Virus record (IMG/VR): IMGVR_UViG_3300011116_000834
Coordinates: 44,403 to 108,402 of that record
Length of the DNA stretch: 64,000 nucleotides
Direction: 5' to 3' (one strand)
Source of the DNA: a virus
Numbering within the stretch: position 1 is the stretch's first letter; each line of letters opens with the position of its first letter. The notes under the pieces are model-generated. The model saw only the letters and a program-made list of their open reading frames with translations, was not told the origin of the DNA and ran no database searches. The position numbers and the translations under genes are program-made. Below are positions 11,701-21,267 of the stretch, one piece after another.

Positions 11701-11811
11701 GTAACTTGCAATGGATTCTATTATAGCAATAGAATTCTAAATAATTATTGGAGTTCAGGTAGCACAGGATGTGCTTCTTGCCTGGATGTCGCGGAAGGAA
11801 TGTGTTCGTGA
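8725..11811 (+). CDS. Cys-rich fibre/adhesin with collagen-like N-terminus and DUF1566/Lcl-like domain (paralog)
   Basis: 1028 aa. [10 protein letters not shown]; GSCC/GACC/GKCC repeats; IGDKIGGG...YGYNDWYIPSIIEL...YWSST...LRPVRR. Confidence 0.7.
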   Translation: MIYGSSRIKQTITGTVPGAVQGSTGHIGPTGNTGPTGPTGPIGATGATGNGITGATGISTGITFYGNGLSFSFLNLKGSAGSANGSEYYQVIGLGIDSAQISTNIVYGDVIQVGAGQTAYFKSISISGQAPIPNVSPFVGVSTDNISVVYIYGATVSDANMPLGNTGELLYVNSNAGFGLGTLKASSAPSTNWIPSQRQLIIDQKAFREAIFSNKNWSTVGSDPFLYYTTPVDFSYYGTLTGETYGTSNLENNITPNFIYYSGSGLDSYGLVNDPNTYQDISIGQTIVLGLTSGATMERIDFISATGITFSNTYLPQNIVRSDIGSCCFCNMIDKQRVCVDYVSSSFCSALSGTFDTNSCNDRTSGSDCFTEGACCIYDIETGSTRCINTTREKCSTYNGYFNESKQCDNVWVNGQLFSCPTSFCNIGTRQLGKCCVQGNCFNLTKADCASVFGSVFFAGQTCTSQTSDASCCGTLDLRGSCCVQGNCVGNVTAQQCSTTYNGIFQGSGTKCTEVNCCGYSFSDDYFKGSCADSCKAYGSQQIYSCLNIGDKIGGGYFAGFVGMPNPCNNFSTPNLAYGEPLECMIFPRGELANVPTWYLKTCNGTDGTNNEGCIDYFARTYPITLPKNSLDSRCMLKAGVPFVQQAYALDGITWPSEMMFSGGYQYSRNRGAFSYSLVGSGLAVEYLDGTETNLYRYLASKVYGNNDIQILWALIIAPEDVELGSGERSLSWGMMQGCHNPDSSGIPQQLVIEEIPTYPTDGLLTTRLHDSSSKNNADYWFRGTTDSNAYNRFNFGNGPAWDIGTDKTTITTNKTEFLTAYSKMWDKKNPLDSALRQISNINENSTYGYNDWYIPSIIELNYIQANSATLNAALAVNGDQIIGGYEYWSSTSVSRLASWDATDPLNKDLYRLENISSQIEPYLSDHRITSSDSFGLTEDEAYKFTLAVSNGQKMLTQVFNSLQNDQIGRMISRSRDSKIANLRPVRRIPLVVTCNGFYYSNRILNNYWSSGSTGCASCLDVAEGMCS

Positions 11812-14360
11812 GTAGTAGCGCAATAATCAATTTTATTGTATCTGGTTTATCTGGAAATGATGGTGCTGCTGGTCCAACTGGACCCACAGGATCAACAGGA
11901 TCGACTGGTCCAACTGGTCCAACTGGTCCTCTTGGACGATATTTTGTATCGTCTGTTGCATCAGGTAATTCATTGATTCTTACATTTTCCGATGGAACAA
12001 CTGCTTCATTAGTAGGAAGTTTCAAGGGAGCAACTACTGCTGATAAATCTGCTGGAATTGTTCGTGGAGGAAATACAGGAACAAATACAACCAATGGTGG
12101 ATTGCTGTACAGTGTCTCTGGAGGAACATTTAGTTTTAAAGGTGTATGTGCTTATGGTTCTTTACGAGCATCTTTGACTGGTGCCAATTCAGAATATATT
12201 TCAATCGATAGCATTTATTATGGCAAGGATGTTCTTGGAAATTATACACCCGCGACTCTTGTAGCGCGCGATCTATTGTATATTGGTGAAAAAACTAGTG
12301 CATATGGTGCAAATCTAAAACATAGAAGCGATATAGGATTTGCAGGTCTATGCGGTGCATTTGATTTTTCATACACACAATACAATGCGGGAGCAAGTGC
12401 AGATACCAGCACACATTTAAACGCTGGTTCCAAGATATATTCATATGGTCCATTACGCAGAGGAAGCGTGATTGATGGAAGCACTCTGGGAATTATTGTT
12501 GATGCACAAAAAGGTGGTGTATTCAATCTAAGAACACCAATTGGCATACAAGGAATAACAGGAAACTTCAAAGTAAATGAAGTTGCTTCGATCACTCTTG
12601 TCATTGATTCTGATAATGTCTGGCATTTCCCAGAAAACATATACTTTGGACCAGATGAAAATTATCTTTCTTGTGGTAAGAACATAATAGGTCTTCTTAC
12701 ATATGATGGAGGAAAGACCTGGTTGGCAACCCCATCTCATCGTGGTCATGGAATAGAAAACATTGGAAGACAATGCATTCCTGGTGCTTTATATGGATCA
12801 TGTTGCTATACAAAAGCAGATGGCACGCTCAATTGCAAGGATTATACCACTTCCGAGGAATGTGATAAATTTTTTGGAACATTCCATGCAGCACAATCAT
12901 GTGAACAAACATGTGGCGATGTCAATAGTATTTGTTGTGCAAATGGAAATTGTATTTCTGGAGTATCAGTTACTGAATGTGAAAAATTCGGTGGCGATTA
13001 CTGGTCGAATGTAACATGCGATGATTATAATCCAAATGGTTCCAATATACCAGATCAGGTTCTTTATATCAGTCCAGAGGATGTAAAGGCACAAGGAAGA
13101 TTCTGCTATGATCCTTGCGGTGAACCAACAGTATGCTGCAAAGATGGTAGATGTCTTGGCAACTACACTAGAATTCAATGTGAATTTTTTCTTGGTGGAA
13201 AATCCTTAACTGGTGCTAGCTGCAATGATGTTGATTGCTGCAACCATACTTCAATACCAGGAGCATGCTGTACCTGTACAACAAATCCAGATTCCACAAT
13301 TACTTCTTCGTGTGCATCCAACCTAACTTACACACAATGCAAGGAAACTGGTGGAGTATTCATGGGTCCAGGAAAACAATGTAATGAAGTAAGTTGTGGG
13401 TGTGTATGCAGTGGAAGCAGTGGCGGAACTCCAACAGATACAGGTGCATGTTGCAATGCATCTCTTGGCATATGCAATGATGGAGTGACTATAAATCAAT
13501 GCACTGCTGCTGGATTTATTTTCACACAAGGAGCAGCATGTTCTGATGTGTGTTCATCGTCTACTAATGGAATTTGCTGTAAAGATGGAACATGTCTTTC
13601 TACTGCAACAAATAGTGCTTCTTGCATTAGTGCTGGTGGCAATTGGTTGGGTCCAGTTCAATTTGCATATAATGGCACAGTTAAAAATTATGTTTTTGGT
13701 TCAAATGAAAACGATTGTGAACTATGTGCATTATCTAGACCATATTTTAGCATAATCGATCCTGGTAGTTGTTATCCAAATATAGAATTTGGAAGAATTC
13801 CTACAGATATATCATTTATCGATGCAACCTATAGTTCCGATATACTTTATAGCGGGTTATTGAATATTTATGGTACTGTGTACACCAATACAAGAGATCA
13901 ACTGATTGAGATCTTAACATGTCCAAGTACTGATGCAATTGATGCTGCCATATATTCTGCGGCAACACTTATTTTTAATAATTCTGGGTGGTCTGTGGGA
14001 ATGGGATGTCCAAAATCGTGCTGTCAATGCAATGGAGCAAGTGCTGTAAATTGCGGACCATATGGAACAGCAACATCACTTGATCAGATATGCAATAGTC
14101 AAGACTTGTGTTCACCTGGATATTTAGCAATTGCACCTGGAGAATCATGTGGTGGACTTGGGCAAGCTGGTGGTGGAGGAGGAGGCGGTGGTCATTCTCC
14201 ATGCTCACCATCCTCATCGTGTGCGAATGAATATATTCCTCCGCCAAATTCTGGATTCCTTGATGCGTATGTGAAGAATGTAAAAGTAACCATAAATAAT
14301 GAAGTACTTTGTCTTCCAATTATTTGCGATGATTGCACTGGTTACGAATTCTGCGAGTAA
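11808..14360 (+). CDS. Cys-rich fibre protein with collagen-like N-terminus
   Basis: Probable GTG start at 11808, overlapping the upstream TGA and following an AAGGA RBS. GPTGPTGSTG triplets; about six G/x-x-C-C repeats; no Lcl-like domain seen. Confidence 0.65.
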   Translation: MSSSAIINFIVSGLSGNDGAAGPTGPTGSTGSTGPTGPTGPLGRYFVSSVASGNSLILTFSDGTTASLVGSFKGATTADKSAGIVRGGNTGTNTTNGGLLYSVSGGTFSFKGVCAYGSLRASLTGANSEYISIDSIYYGKDVLGNYTPATLVARDLLYIGEKTSAYGANLKHRSDIGFAGLCGAFDFSYTQYNAGASADTSTHLNAGSKIYSYGPLRRGSVIDGSTLGIIVDAQKGGVFNLRTPIGIQGITGNFKVNEVASITLVIDSDNVWHFPENIYFGPDENYLSCGKNIIGLLTYDGGKTWLATPSHRGHGIENIGRQCIPGALYGSCCYTKADGTLNCKDYTTSEECDKFFGTFHAAQSCEQTCGDVNSICCANGNCISGVSVTECEKFGGDYWSNVTCDDYNPNGSNIPDQVLYISPEDVKAQGRFCYDPCGEPTVCCKDGRCLGNYTRIQCEFFLGGKSLTGASCNDVDCCNHTSIPGACCTCTTNPDSTITSSCASNLTYTQCKETGGVFMGPGKQCNEVSCGCVCSGSSGGTPTDTGACCNASLGICNDGVTINQCTAAGFIFTQGAACSDVCSSSTNGICCKDGTCLSTATNSASCISAGGNWLGPVQFAYNGTVKNYVFGSNENDCELCALSRPYFSIIDPGSCYPNIEFGRIPTDISFIDATYSSDILYSGLLNIYGTVYTNTRDQLIEILTCPSTDAIDAAIYSAATLIFNNSGWSVGMGCPKSCCQCNGASAVNCGPYGTATSLDQICNSQDLCSPGYLAIAPGESCGGLGQAGGGGGGGGHSPCSPSSSCANEYIPPPNSGFLDAYVKNVKVTINNEVLCLPIICDDCTGYEFCE

Positions 14361-14363
14361 AAC

Positions 14364-15881
14364 ATGTCAATTCAATTTCGATCAAGAATCACTCCAGCAA
14401 TAGATTATTCAACTATCTTGACAAACTATGGATGGTGTTGCAGCACTACGCAACCTGGTCTTCCAATTCAAAAAACTTATGTTGAATGCATCACTGAAGG
14501 TGGTTATTTCATGCAAGGAGCATCTGGTCAGCAAGTAGTATGTCCAGATGCCGATACGGAACTTGGATGCTGCTGTGCGTGTTCATATGTTGATCCAAAT
14601 GATTATGATCAAATCGAAGCATATCCTCCAACCACACCATATCTTTCATCAGGAACAAGAAGTCAAACAACTAGATGCGAATGCAATAGACTTGGTGGAA
14701 TCTGGTCTCCAACAAGTGATGGAAATTGTGAAGCATTGACTTCTTCAAATTGGGAGACTTTTTGTGTAAGACCAGATGCAACAAATCCCACAGTAAACAT
14801 AGATGTAAGATCTCCAAGATCGTGCTGTCATCTTGTATTCGATACAGTCACTGGATTCCCAACTGGTGTTTCTTGTAAGGATGTCTGCACTTCTGGCGAT
14901 TGTGCTTTACTTTCCACCGAAACATACCCATCAGTATTTGATTCGACAAAAAGATGTTCAGTTGCACTGAATTCTGCACATCAAAATACTGCAAATTGCG
15001 CTTCACCAACCAATCTTGCATTCCTTGCAAATGCTCCTATGTACCAGGATTTTGATATGGGATCTTGCTATACATTGGAGGATATCAATGGAACTCTTGA
15101 GTATACTTGTCAGATAACGCCACAATCACTCTGTTCTGGACATTGGATAATTCAACAAGATTCAGATAATGCATTTTGTCTAAATGCACTTCAACCAACA
15201 AATCCAGTCAAATCAAATAATGTATATCAACCTCAGACCATGAATCTAGAAGATTTCAATGCACTAGGATTGACTGCTGGAGATGAATATCTGGGTGGAA
15301 TATACATTGGTACTTTCAATTCTGGATTGGATGGAAGAAGTAGCATAGTCTATGGAAATCTTAGTTTTGGAACTCCAACTGAAACTAGATTTGTAAATGA
15401 TCAAAATGGTGGAACTGCGTCAACCTGGGCATTGATTGTAGATCCAACACCATATACAGTTTCATTCCTACTAAGTGATGAGATAGATGCAGACTGTGCA
15501 ACATCATTATGGGATGGTTATTATAACATATACGGAAACGGATCACAGTTTGATGGTATAAAGACAGCACTTGCAACCACAATCAAATATACGGATAGAA
15601 ATGCATTTATCGATTATTACCTTCCATCCATATATGAACTCCAATTCTATGCACACTATTTGAATAGAAACAATATAAAAACAATTGGAAATCTGATATC
15701 TTCATCCATATTCAATACTAAATACCTGAATAACAGATCATCTAGAGCAAAGATAAATGGCAATTCGTTTGTATATGGATTGGGCATAAATGAAAATTAT
15801 AGTGTTAATTACAAGACATTACTAATTGATAAAAAGACTACAGAAACTGCTTTATTCTTTAGACGAATAATCCTTACTTAA
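14364..15881 (+). CDS. Cys-rich protein with degenerate DUF1566-like C-terminus
   Basis: 505 aa. GWCC, GCCCAC, RSCC; LTAGDEYLGGIYIG...WALIV...DYYLPSIYEL...FFRRI. Confidence 0.6.
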   Translation: MSIQFRSRITPAIDYSTILTNYGWCCSTTQPGLPIQKTYVECITEGGYFMQGASGQQVVCPDADTELGCCCACSYVDPNDYDQIEAYPPTTPYLSSGTRSQTTRCECNRLGGIWSPTSDGNCEALTSSNWETFCVRPDATNPTVNIDVRSPRSCCHLVFDTVTGFPTGVSCKDVCTSGDCALLSTETYPSVFDSTKRCSVALNSAHQNTANCASPTNLAFLANAPMYQDFDMGSCYTLEDINGTLEYTCQITPQSLCSGHWIIQQDSDNAFCLNALQPTNPVKSNNVYQPQTMNLEDFNALGLTAGDEYLGGIYIGTFNSGLDGRSSIVYGNLSFGTPTETRFVNDQNGGTASTWALIVDPTPYTVSFLLSDEIDADCATSLWDGYYNIYGNGSQFDGIKTALATTIKYTDRNAFIDYYLPSIYELQFYAHYLNRNNIKTIGNLISSSIFNTKYLNNRSSRAKINGNSFVYGLGINENYSVNYKTLLIDKKTTETALFFRRIILT

Positions 15882-15900
15882 TTTAAATTAGGAATTTATT

Positions 15901-16470
15901 ATGGGTTGCAATTGCAATAAAAACAAAAAAAGTGAACCTCCTGCATCAGAACCAAAAGCATCACCAGCAGAGGCATCTCCTACAACCTTTAGAAAAGAAG
16001 AAATAGTCAAAGAAGGTGGTATCAAGGAAAAATTGACGATGATGCAAAGTTTTGCTTCTGCAATTACTTCCCGTGGATTTAATAATGAGAAAGTGACTAT
16101 TCCGATGAAGCAACTTCGAGTAATCAGTTGCTTTGGAAATAAGGATCAAGGTGGAGTTCTCCCACCATGCGAACATCTGAAGGAAAGCAGCACTCCAGGT
16201 AAGTTTTTCTGTGGTGGATGCGGATGTGGTGATCGAAAAGCAACTTGGTTAATTGCCGATGACACTGAGTATGGTAAATTGGATTACCCTCGCCTAAACT
16301 GCCCTCTACAGATGCCTGGATTTTCCAATTATACTAAATCCAAACCAGATGAGGCAAATATGCCTATAACTAGAAGATATTATATCGAACAACTTCCGTA
16401 TACGGAAATTGAAAAATTCAAGGTTTCCACGAATGAACCACCAGTGAACCCAACGAATCCAGAAAAATAA
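15901..16470 (+). CDS. small Cys-rich, putative metal-binding protein
   Basis: MGCNCNK N-terminus; SC...PPCEHL...FCGGCGC...CPL; AGGA RBS. Confidence 0.55.
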   Translation: MGCNCNKNKKSEPPASEPKASPAEASPTTFRKEEIVKEGGIKEKLTMMQSFASAITSRGFNNEKVTIPMKQLRVISCFGNKDQGGVLPPCEHLKESSTPGKFFCGGCGCGDRKATWLIADDTEYGKLDYPRLNCPLQMPGFSNYTKSKPDEANMPITRRYYIEQLPYTEIEKFKVSTNEPPVNPTNPEK

Positions 16471-16484
16471 TAAAAAACTCTCCT

Positions 16485-16492
16485 TATAAATA
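16485..16492 (+). promoter_or_regulatory. T4-type late promoter (TATAAATA)
   Basis: Exact consensus, intergenic, upstream of AAGGAG RBS and gp13. Confidence 0.8.
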
Positions 16493-16511
16493 ACATAAGG
16501 AGAGTTTTCAT

Positions 16512-17324
16512 ATGTCAATGTCTTCAGCAGCACCCAACTCACGACAAACACTCATCGATTATTGCCTTAGAACTCTAGGCGCACCAGTCATTGAAATAAA
16601 TGTGGACCAGCAACAATGCCAAGACCGTTTGGATGAAGCATTGCAATATTTTGTTACGCGACATTTCGATGGTGTGCAGAAAGTCTATTTTAAATATCTT
16701 TTGAATTCTACGGATCTAGATCGTGGATTTATTCATACTGGAGATATAGGAACTCCTTCTGGAGATCCTGATGGACCCACAGGAAATGACATCGTCTCAG
16801 TGATCAAAGTTTTTAGATTTGGAACTCTTTCTGGTGTTAATATGTTTGATGTTAGATATCAACTGGCATTGACAGATTACTTCGGCATCAATCGTGGATT
16901 GAATGGAAGTCAATCAACGCCTCTTGCTGGTTATCAAACAACCATGCAATATATTAGTCTTCTTGAACAATTCTTCAGTCCTGAAAAATCAATTAGATTC
17001 AGTCAAGTGACTGACAAAATCTATGTTGATGCATTTTCTCAAGATATAGATCCAGGAAACTATCTTGTAATAGAAGCATATGCAATATTGGATCCCGATC
17101 TTCACACAAAAATCTATAATGACCGAATGCTTAAGAAATATGTCACCGCTCTCATTAAAAGGCAATGGGGAGCAAATATGCTTAAATACGATGGTGTGCA
17201 ACTTCCAGGTGGAATCACATTCAAAGGTCAACAAATATATGATCAGGCAAATCAAGAAATAGCACTGATAGAGCAAGAATTTGAACGAGCATATGAACTT
17301 CCAATTGATTTCATGATCGGATAA
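16512..17324 (+). CDS. gp13: neck protein gp13
   Basis: PNSRQTLIDYCLRTLGAPVIEINV...HFDG...KRQWGANMLKYDGVQLPGG; synteny. Confidence 0.93.
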   Translation: MSMSSAAPNSRQTLIDYCLRTLGAPVIEINVDQQQCQDRLDEALQYFVTRHFDGVQKVYFKYLLNSTDLDRGFIHTGDIGTPSGDPDGPTGNDIVSVIKVFRFGTLSGVNMFDVRYQLALTDYFGINRGLNGSQSTPLAGYQTTMQYISLLEQFFSPEKSIRFSQVTDKIYVDAFSQDIDPGNYLVIEAYAILDPDLHTKIYNDRMLKKYVTALIKRQWGANMLKYDGVQLPGGITFKGQQIYDQANQEIALIEQEFERAYELPIDFMIG

Positions 17325-17327
17325 TCC

Positions 17328-18248
17328 ATGGCAACAAATCCATACTTCAAAGAATATATCGGAGAACAAAATCTATTGGATAGTCTGGTCGTGGAAACGA
17401 TCAAGACCATGGGTCGTGACATGATCTATATTCCAAGAGAATACTACAATAAAGACATCATCTTTGGAGAGGATGTGACTTCTAAATTCAATACTGGATA
17501 TACGATTGAAATGTACATTCAGAATGTGACTTCATTTGGCGGACAGATGAATATTATCAATAAATTTGGTATTAACATAACCGATAGAATCACACTTCAG
17601 GTTGCAAAAACCAGATTTAATACCGAAGTGGTTGGAAAGACCAGTTTAAAAACACCAAGAGAAGGCGATTTAATTTATTTTCCATTTAATAAAAATTTAT
17701 TTGAAATAAATTATGTTGAAGACAAGATTCCCTTCTTCCAATTTGGGCAATTATACACATATACGCTCACCTGCGAACTGTTCACATATACACAAGAAAC
17801 CATCAATACTGGTATTAGTGAAATCGATGAGGTGGAAGAACTCAGAAAAAACAATATTCTTTCATTGACATTATCTGGATCTCCAGTCACTGGATCTACA
17901 GTACTCAAGCGAGGCGAAAAGGTATATCAGGTAAATGGAGTAACTGGCACAACTGCATCATATGCAAATGCAACTGCTGAAGGTACTATAATTGAATATA
18001 CTGGAAATACCACATATCTCAAGGGAGCAAGTGGATCGTTCCACTATGGCAGTGCTGGTACTCAATCAATAAAGGGTGTGGAAAGCGGAACAGAATATTA
18101 TGTTCTTGGTGTTACATCTACAAATATCAATATATCAATTGACCCAATTTCTGGTGTTGATGAATTAGAAAATGATGTATATGGTGAAAAAGCAGACACA
18201 GAGATTAATTTCTCTCGCGATAATCCATTTTCCGAGGAGTGTAATTAA
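17328..18248 (+). CDS. gp14: neck protein gp14
   Basis: EQNLLDSLVVE...YIPR...PREGDLIYFP...FEINYVED..PFFQ...CELF; ends in NPF. Confidence 0.92.
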   Translation: MATNPYFKEYIGEQNLLDSLVVETIKTMGRDMIYIPREYYNKDIIFGEDVTSKFNTGYTIEMYIQNVTSFGGQMNIINKFGINITDRITLQVAKTRFNTEVVGKTSLKTPREGDLIYFPFNKNLFEINYVEDKIPFFQFGQLYTYTLTCELFTYTQETINTGISEIDEVEELRKNNILSLTLSGSPVTGSTVLKRGEKVYQVNGVTGTTASYANATAEGTIIEYTGNTTYLKGASGSFHYGSAGTQSIKGVESGTEYYVLGVTSTNINISIDPISGVDELENDVYGEKADTEINFSRDNPFSEECN

Positions 18249-18997
18249 TGTTTAGCGTTAATCAATCATACTATAATGAATCAATACGAAAAATAGTAAT
18301 TGCATTTGGATCGTTATTTGAATCAATATATGTGACTCGTCTAGACGAAAATGGAAATGAAAAAGAAAAACTTAGAGTTCCAATTGCATATGGAAGCAAG
18401 GAAAAATATATCTGGAGACTTTCTCAGGAAAGCAGTCTATCCAAGAATACTAAAGTTCAAATCACCTTACCAAAAATTGGATTTGAGATAACCACAATGC
18501 TATACGATCCAAGTCGTAAGCTAAACAGAACATTGCAGAGAAGCGAACTAGTAAATGGAACTGTTAAAAAAGCATATTCTGAAGTTCCATATGTGATAAA
18601 TTTTTCCATGTATTGTTTCACTAGAACCATGGATGACATGTTGCAAATAATTGAACAAATAGTTCCTTATTTTGCTCCAGATTACACTGTCACAATTAAA
18701 ATGAATGATTTAAATCCTACTGTCGATATACCATTTGTATTGAATACAGTTTCTCTTAATGAGAACTATGAAGGAACATTCGACACTCGAAGAGCATTAA
18801 TCAGTACTTTTGATTTTAGCGTCAAGACTTACATCTATCCAAATATTTGTGGTTCTGCTGGAAATATAATCGAAAGAACTGATCTAAATTTTTATGATGA
18901 TCTTGGTGCTACTGCGGCAAATTATGTTGGAGATGTAGGATACACTGGTGATGTATACACTGGTTCTATAACTGAAGTGAATGGAAATTGGCCATGA
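18248..18997 (+). CDS. gp15: tail sheath stabiliser / tail terminator gp15
   Basis: YNESIRKIVIAFGSLF...VPIAYG.KEK...LPKIGFE...YDPSRK...QIIEQIVPYF.P. Confidence 0.92.
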   Translation: MFSVNQSYYNESIRKIVIAFGSLFESIYVTRLDENGNEKEKLRVPIAYGSKEKYIWRLSQESSLSKNTKVQITLPKIGFEITTMLYDPSRKLNRTLQRSELVNGTVKKAYSEVPYVINFSMYCFTRTMDDMLQIIEQIVPYFAPDYTVTIKMNDLNPTVDIPFVLNTVSLNENYEGTFDTRRALISTFDFSVKTYIYPNICGSAGNIIERTDLNFYDDLGATAANYVGDVGYTGDVYTGSITEVNGNWP

Positions 18998-19476
18998 ATA
19001 CACATAAAACTGCGGAAGAAAAATTATCTGAAGTTCTTGATATTGAATTATCAAAGACACCAGATTCTCCTCCAGAACTAAAACAAGTTGATTCCTTTAT
19101 CAAGGAAGTCAAGATTAAAAGAAAAGCACAAGTAAAGCAGGATTTTGATTCTGCAAGAAAGAACATGAAAGAATTGATTAATATTGGGTTTGAAGCAATC
19201 GATGGAATCATGAGGGTTGCGGAGGCAGGAGATTCTCCCAGAGCATATGAAGTTGCTTCTGTGCTTATAAAGACCGTTAGTGAAATAAATACAGATATGA
19301 TGACAATGCATAAGACGAATGCAGAAGCACTTGGGGTGAACAAGGTCATCAAGAGCAATACTACAAATAATTCTATTTTTGTTGGTTCTACTCGGGATTT
19401 GCAAAATATTATAAATCAATCCAGAAGTCAATTGAAAGTTATTAAGAATGATGATGTGACCAATGACGAAAGCTAA
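18994..19476 (+). CDS. gp16: terminase small subunit gp16
   Basis: DFDSARKN...PRAYEV...NNSIFVGSTRDLQ; ATGA overlap with gp15. Confidence 0.9.
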   Translation: MNTHKTAEEKLSEVLDIELSKTPDSPPELKQVDSFIKEVKIKRKAQVKQDFDSARKNMKELINIGFEAIDGIMRVAEAGDSPRAYEVASVLIKTVSEINTDMMTMHKTNAEALGVNKVIKSNTTNNSIFVGSTRDLQNIINQSRSQLKVIKNDDVTNDES

Positions 19477-21208
19477 AGACGGATATTTAGGCAATCCAAA
19501 TCTTAAACCTGTTGGTGTACAGCAACAATTTACACCACATCAGGTTGAGGAATATATAAAATGTTCCAATGATCCAGGATATTTTGTAAAAAACTATGTC
19601 AAGATCGTTGCTGTTGATAAAGGTCTTGTTCCATTTGAGATGTACGATTATCAAGAAGAGTTAATCGATACTCTTCATAATAATAGATTCGTAATTGGAA
19701 AACTTCCAAGACAGACTGGAAAGACCACTACAGTAGGTTCATATCTACTACATTATGTTTTATTCAATCAAAATGTAAATATTGCCATTCTTGCAAATAA
19801 ACAGACAACAGCAATAGAAATCTTGAGTAGAATCAAGATGGCATATGAATATCTTCCAAAATGGTTACAGCAGGGGGTTATTGAATGGAATAAGGGTTCA
19901 ATTGTTCTGGAAAATGGATCCCGTATCATTGCATCGGCAACATCATCGTCTGCTATCCGTGGTGGATCATTTAATTGCATTTTGCTGGACGAGTTTGCTC
20001 ACATTCCAACGCAGATTGCTGAAGAGTTCTTTACTTCAGTATATCCAACCATTACTTCTGGTCAATCTACCAAGATGTTCATCATATCAACTCCTAATGG
20101 ATTGAATATGTTTTATTATTATTGGAAGGGTGCGATCAATAAGCAAAATGGTTATGTTCCATTTGAAGTCCATTGGAGTCAGGTTCCCAAATATCCAGGT
20201 GGACCACTTCGTGATGAAAAATGGAAACAGGATATGATCAGTAAGACTTCTGAAAAGCAATTCGAGCAGGAGTTCGAATGCGACTTCTTGGGAAGTTCCA
20301 ATACATTAATATCCTCTGCCAGACTTCATACTTTAGTATATTCTAAACCCATATTAAGAACCAAGGATGGAATGAATATCTATCAGGAACCCATTCGAAA
20401 GGATTTGGATATTCCAAAATCTCAGGATCATTTATATTTCATTACCGCAGATGTTGCTGAAGGGCAAGGTAAAGACTATACCGCTGCGGTAGTACTAGAT
20501 GTAACTGAATTTCCCTATAAGGTCGTAGCGACATATAGAAATAATACGGTATCACCTTTGTTATTTGCTTCGGTTCTAAAAACCATTGCTAGAAAATATA
20601 ATAATGCTCATGTTCTCATAGAAGTTAATAGTATTGGTATAGAAGTAGCGAATGTTCTTCATACAGATCTAGAATATGAAAATATAGTTAAGACTGCTAT
20701 GATGGGCAGAAAAGGTCAAATCATTACAGAAGGTTATGGACCTGTTAAGAAAATTCAAATGGGCGTAAAAACTTCGGTATTGACTAAAAAAGTCGGATGT
20801 CAGGTTTTAAAAAACTTAATTGAAGAAGATAAACTTATCGTCGAAGATGCCGACATTATTTCCGAATTTACGACATTTATATCAAAAAAGCAAAGTTTTG
20901 AAGCAGAAGATGGACACAATGATGACTTGGTCATGTGTCTTGTATTATTTGCATGGGCAACCAGACAACAATATTTTAAAAATCTAACCGATATGGATGT
21001 TCGTCTGGCAATGTATCAGAAGGATATTGAGGAAATTGAAGATCAAATGTTGCCTTTTGGTTACTATTCCGATGGGGTATCTGATGCTGAAGAAGCAGAA
21101 GAAGATATGAAATGGTCTTCTGGAAATGATCATTGGTTGATATTTGATCGTAAAGATGTCAAGACTCCTTGGGACGACCTTATGCCCAAAAAGAATAGAC
21201 GGTCATGA
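19463..21208 (+). CDS. gp17: terminase large subunit gp17
   Basis: YLGNPNLK, Walker A PRQTGKTT, Walker B LLDEFAH, ISTPNG, nuclease DVAEG..DY and HNDDLVM. Confidence 0.97.
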   Translation: MTKAKDGYLGNPNLKPVGVQQQFTPHQVEEYIKCSNDPGYFVKNYVKIVAVDKGLVPFEMYDYQEELIDTLHNNRFVIGKLPRQTGKTTTVGSYLLHYVLFNQNVNIAILANKQTTAIEILSRIKMAYEYLPKWLQQGVIEWNKGSIVLENGSRIIASATSSSAIRGGSFNCILLDEFAHIPTQIAEEFFTSVYPTITSGQSTKMFIISTPNGLNMFYYYWKGAINKQNGYVPFEVHWSQVPKYPGGPLRDEKWKQDMISKTSEKQFEQEFECDFLGSSNTLISSARLHTLVYSKPILRTKDGMNIYQEPIRKDLDIPKSQDHLYFITADVAEGQGKDYTAAVVLDVTEFPYKVVATYRNNTVSPLLFASVLKTIARKYNNAHVLIEVNSIGIEVANVLHTDLEYENIVKTAMMGRKGQIITEGYGPVKKIQMGVKTSVLTKKVGCQVLKNLIEEDKLIVEDADIISEFTTFISKKQSFEAEDGHNDDLVMCLVLFAWATRQQYFKNLTDMDVRLAMYQKDIEEIEDQMLPFGYYSDGVSDAEEAEEDMKWSSGNDHWLIFDRKDVKTPWDDLMPKKNRRS

Positions 21209-21235
21209 TAATATTAAGATATCAAAAAAACTACA

Positions 21236-21243
21236 TATAAATA
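21236..21243 (+). promoter_or_regulatory. T4-type late promoter (TATAAATA)
   Basis: Exact consensus, intergenic, upstream of the gp18 RBS AAGGAG. Confidence 0.8.
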
Positions 21244-21267
21244 GCAATTTTATTCAAGGAGAGAAAA

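Noticed and set aside
4886-15881. Diversity-generating retroelement acting on the DUF1566-like domains
   Set aside because: No reverse transcriptase or adenine-variant template repeat is visible in the window; it cannot be excluded elsewhere in the genome.
15901-15930. Eukaryotic N-myristoylation/palmitoylation signal (MGCNC)
   Set aside because: The context is a bacteriophage; metal binding is the simpler reading.
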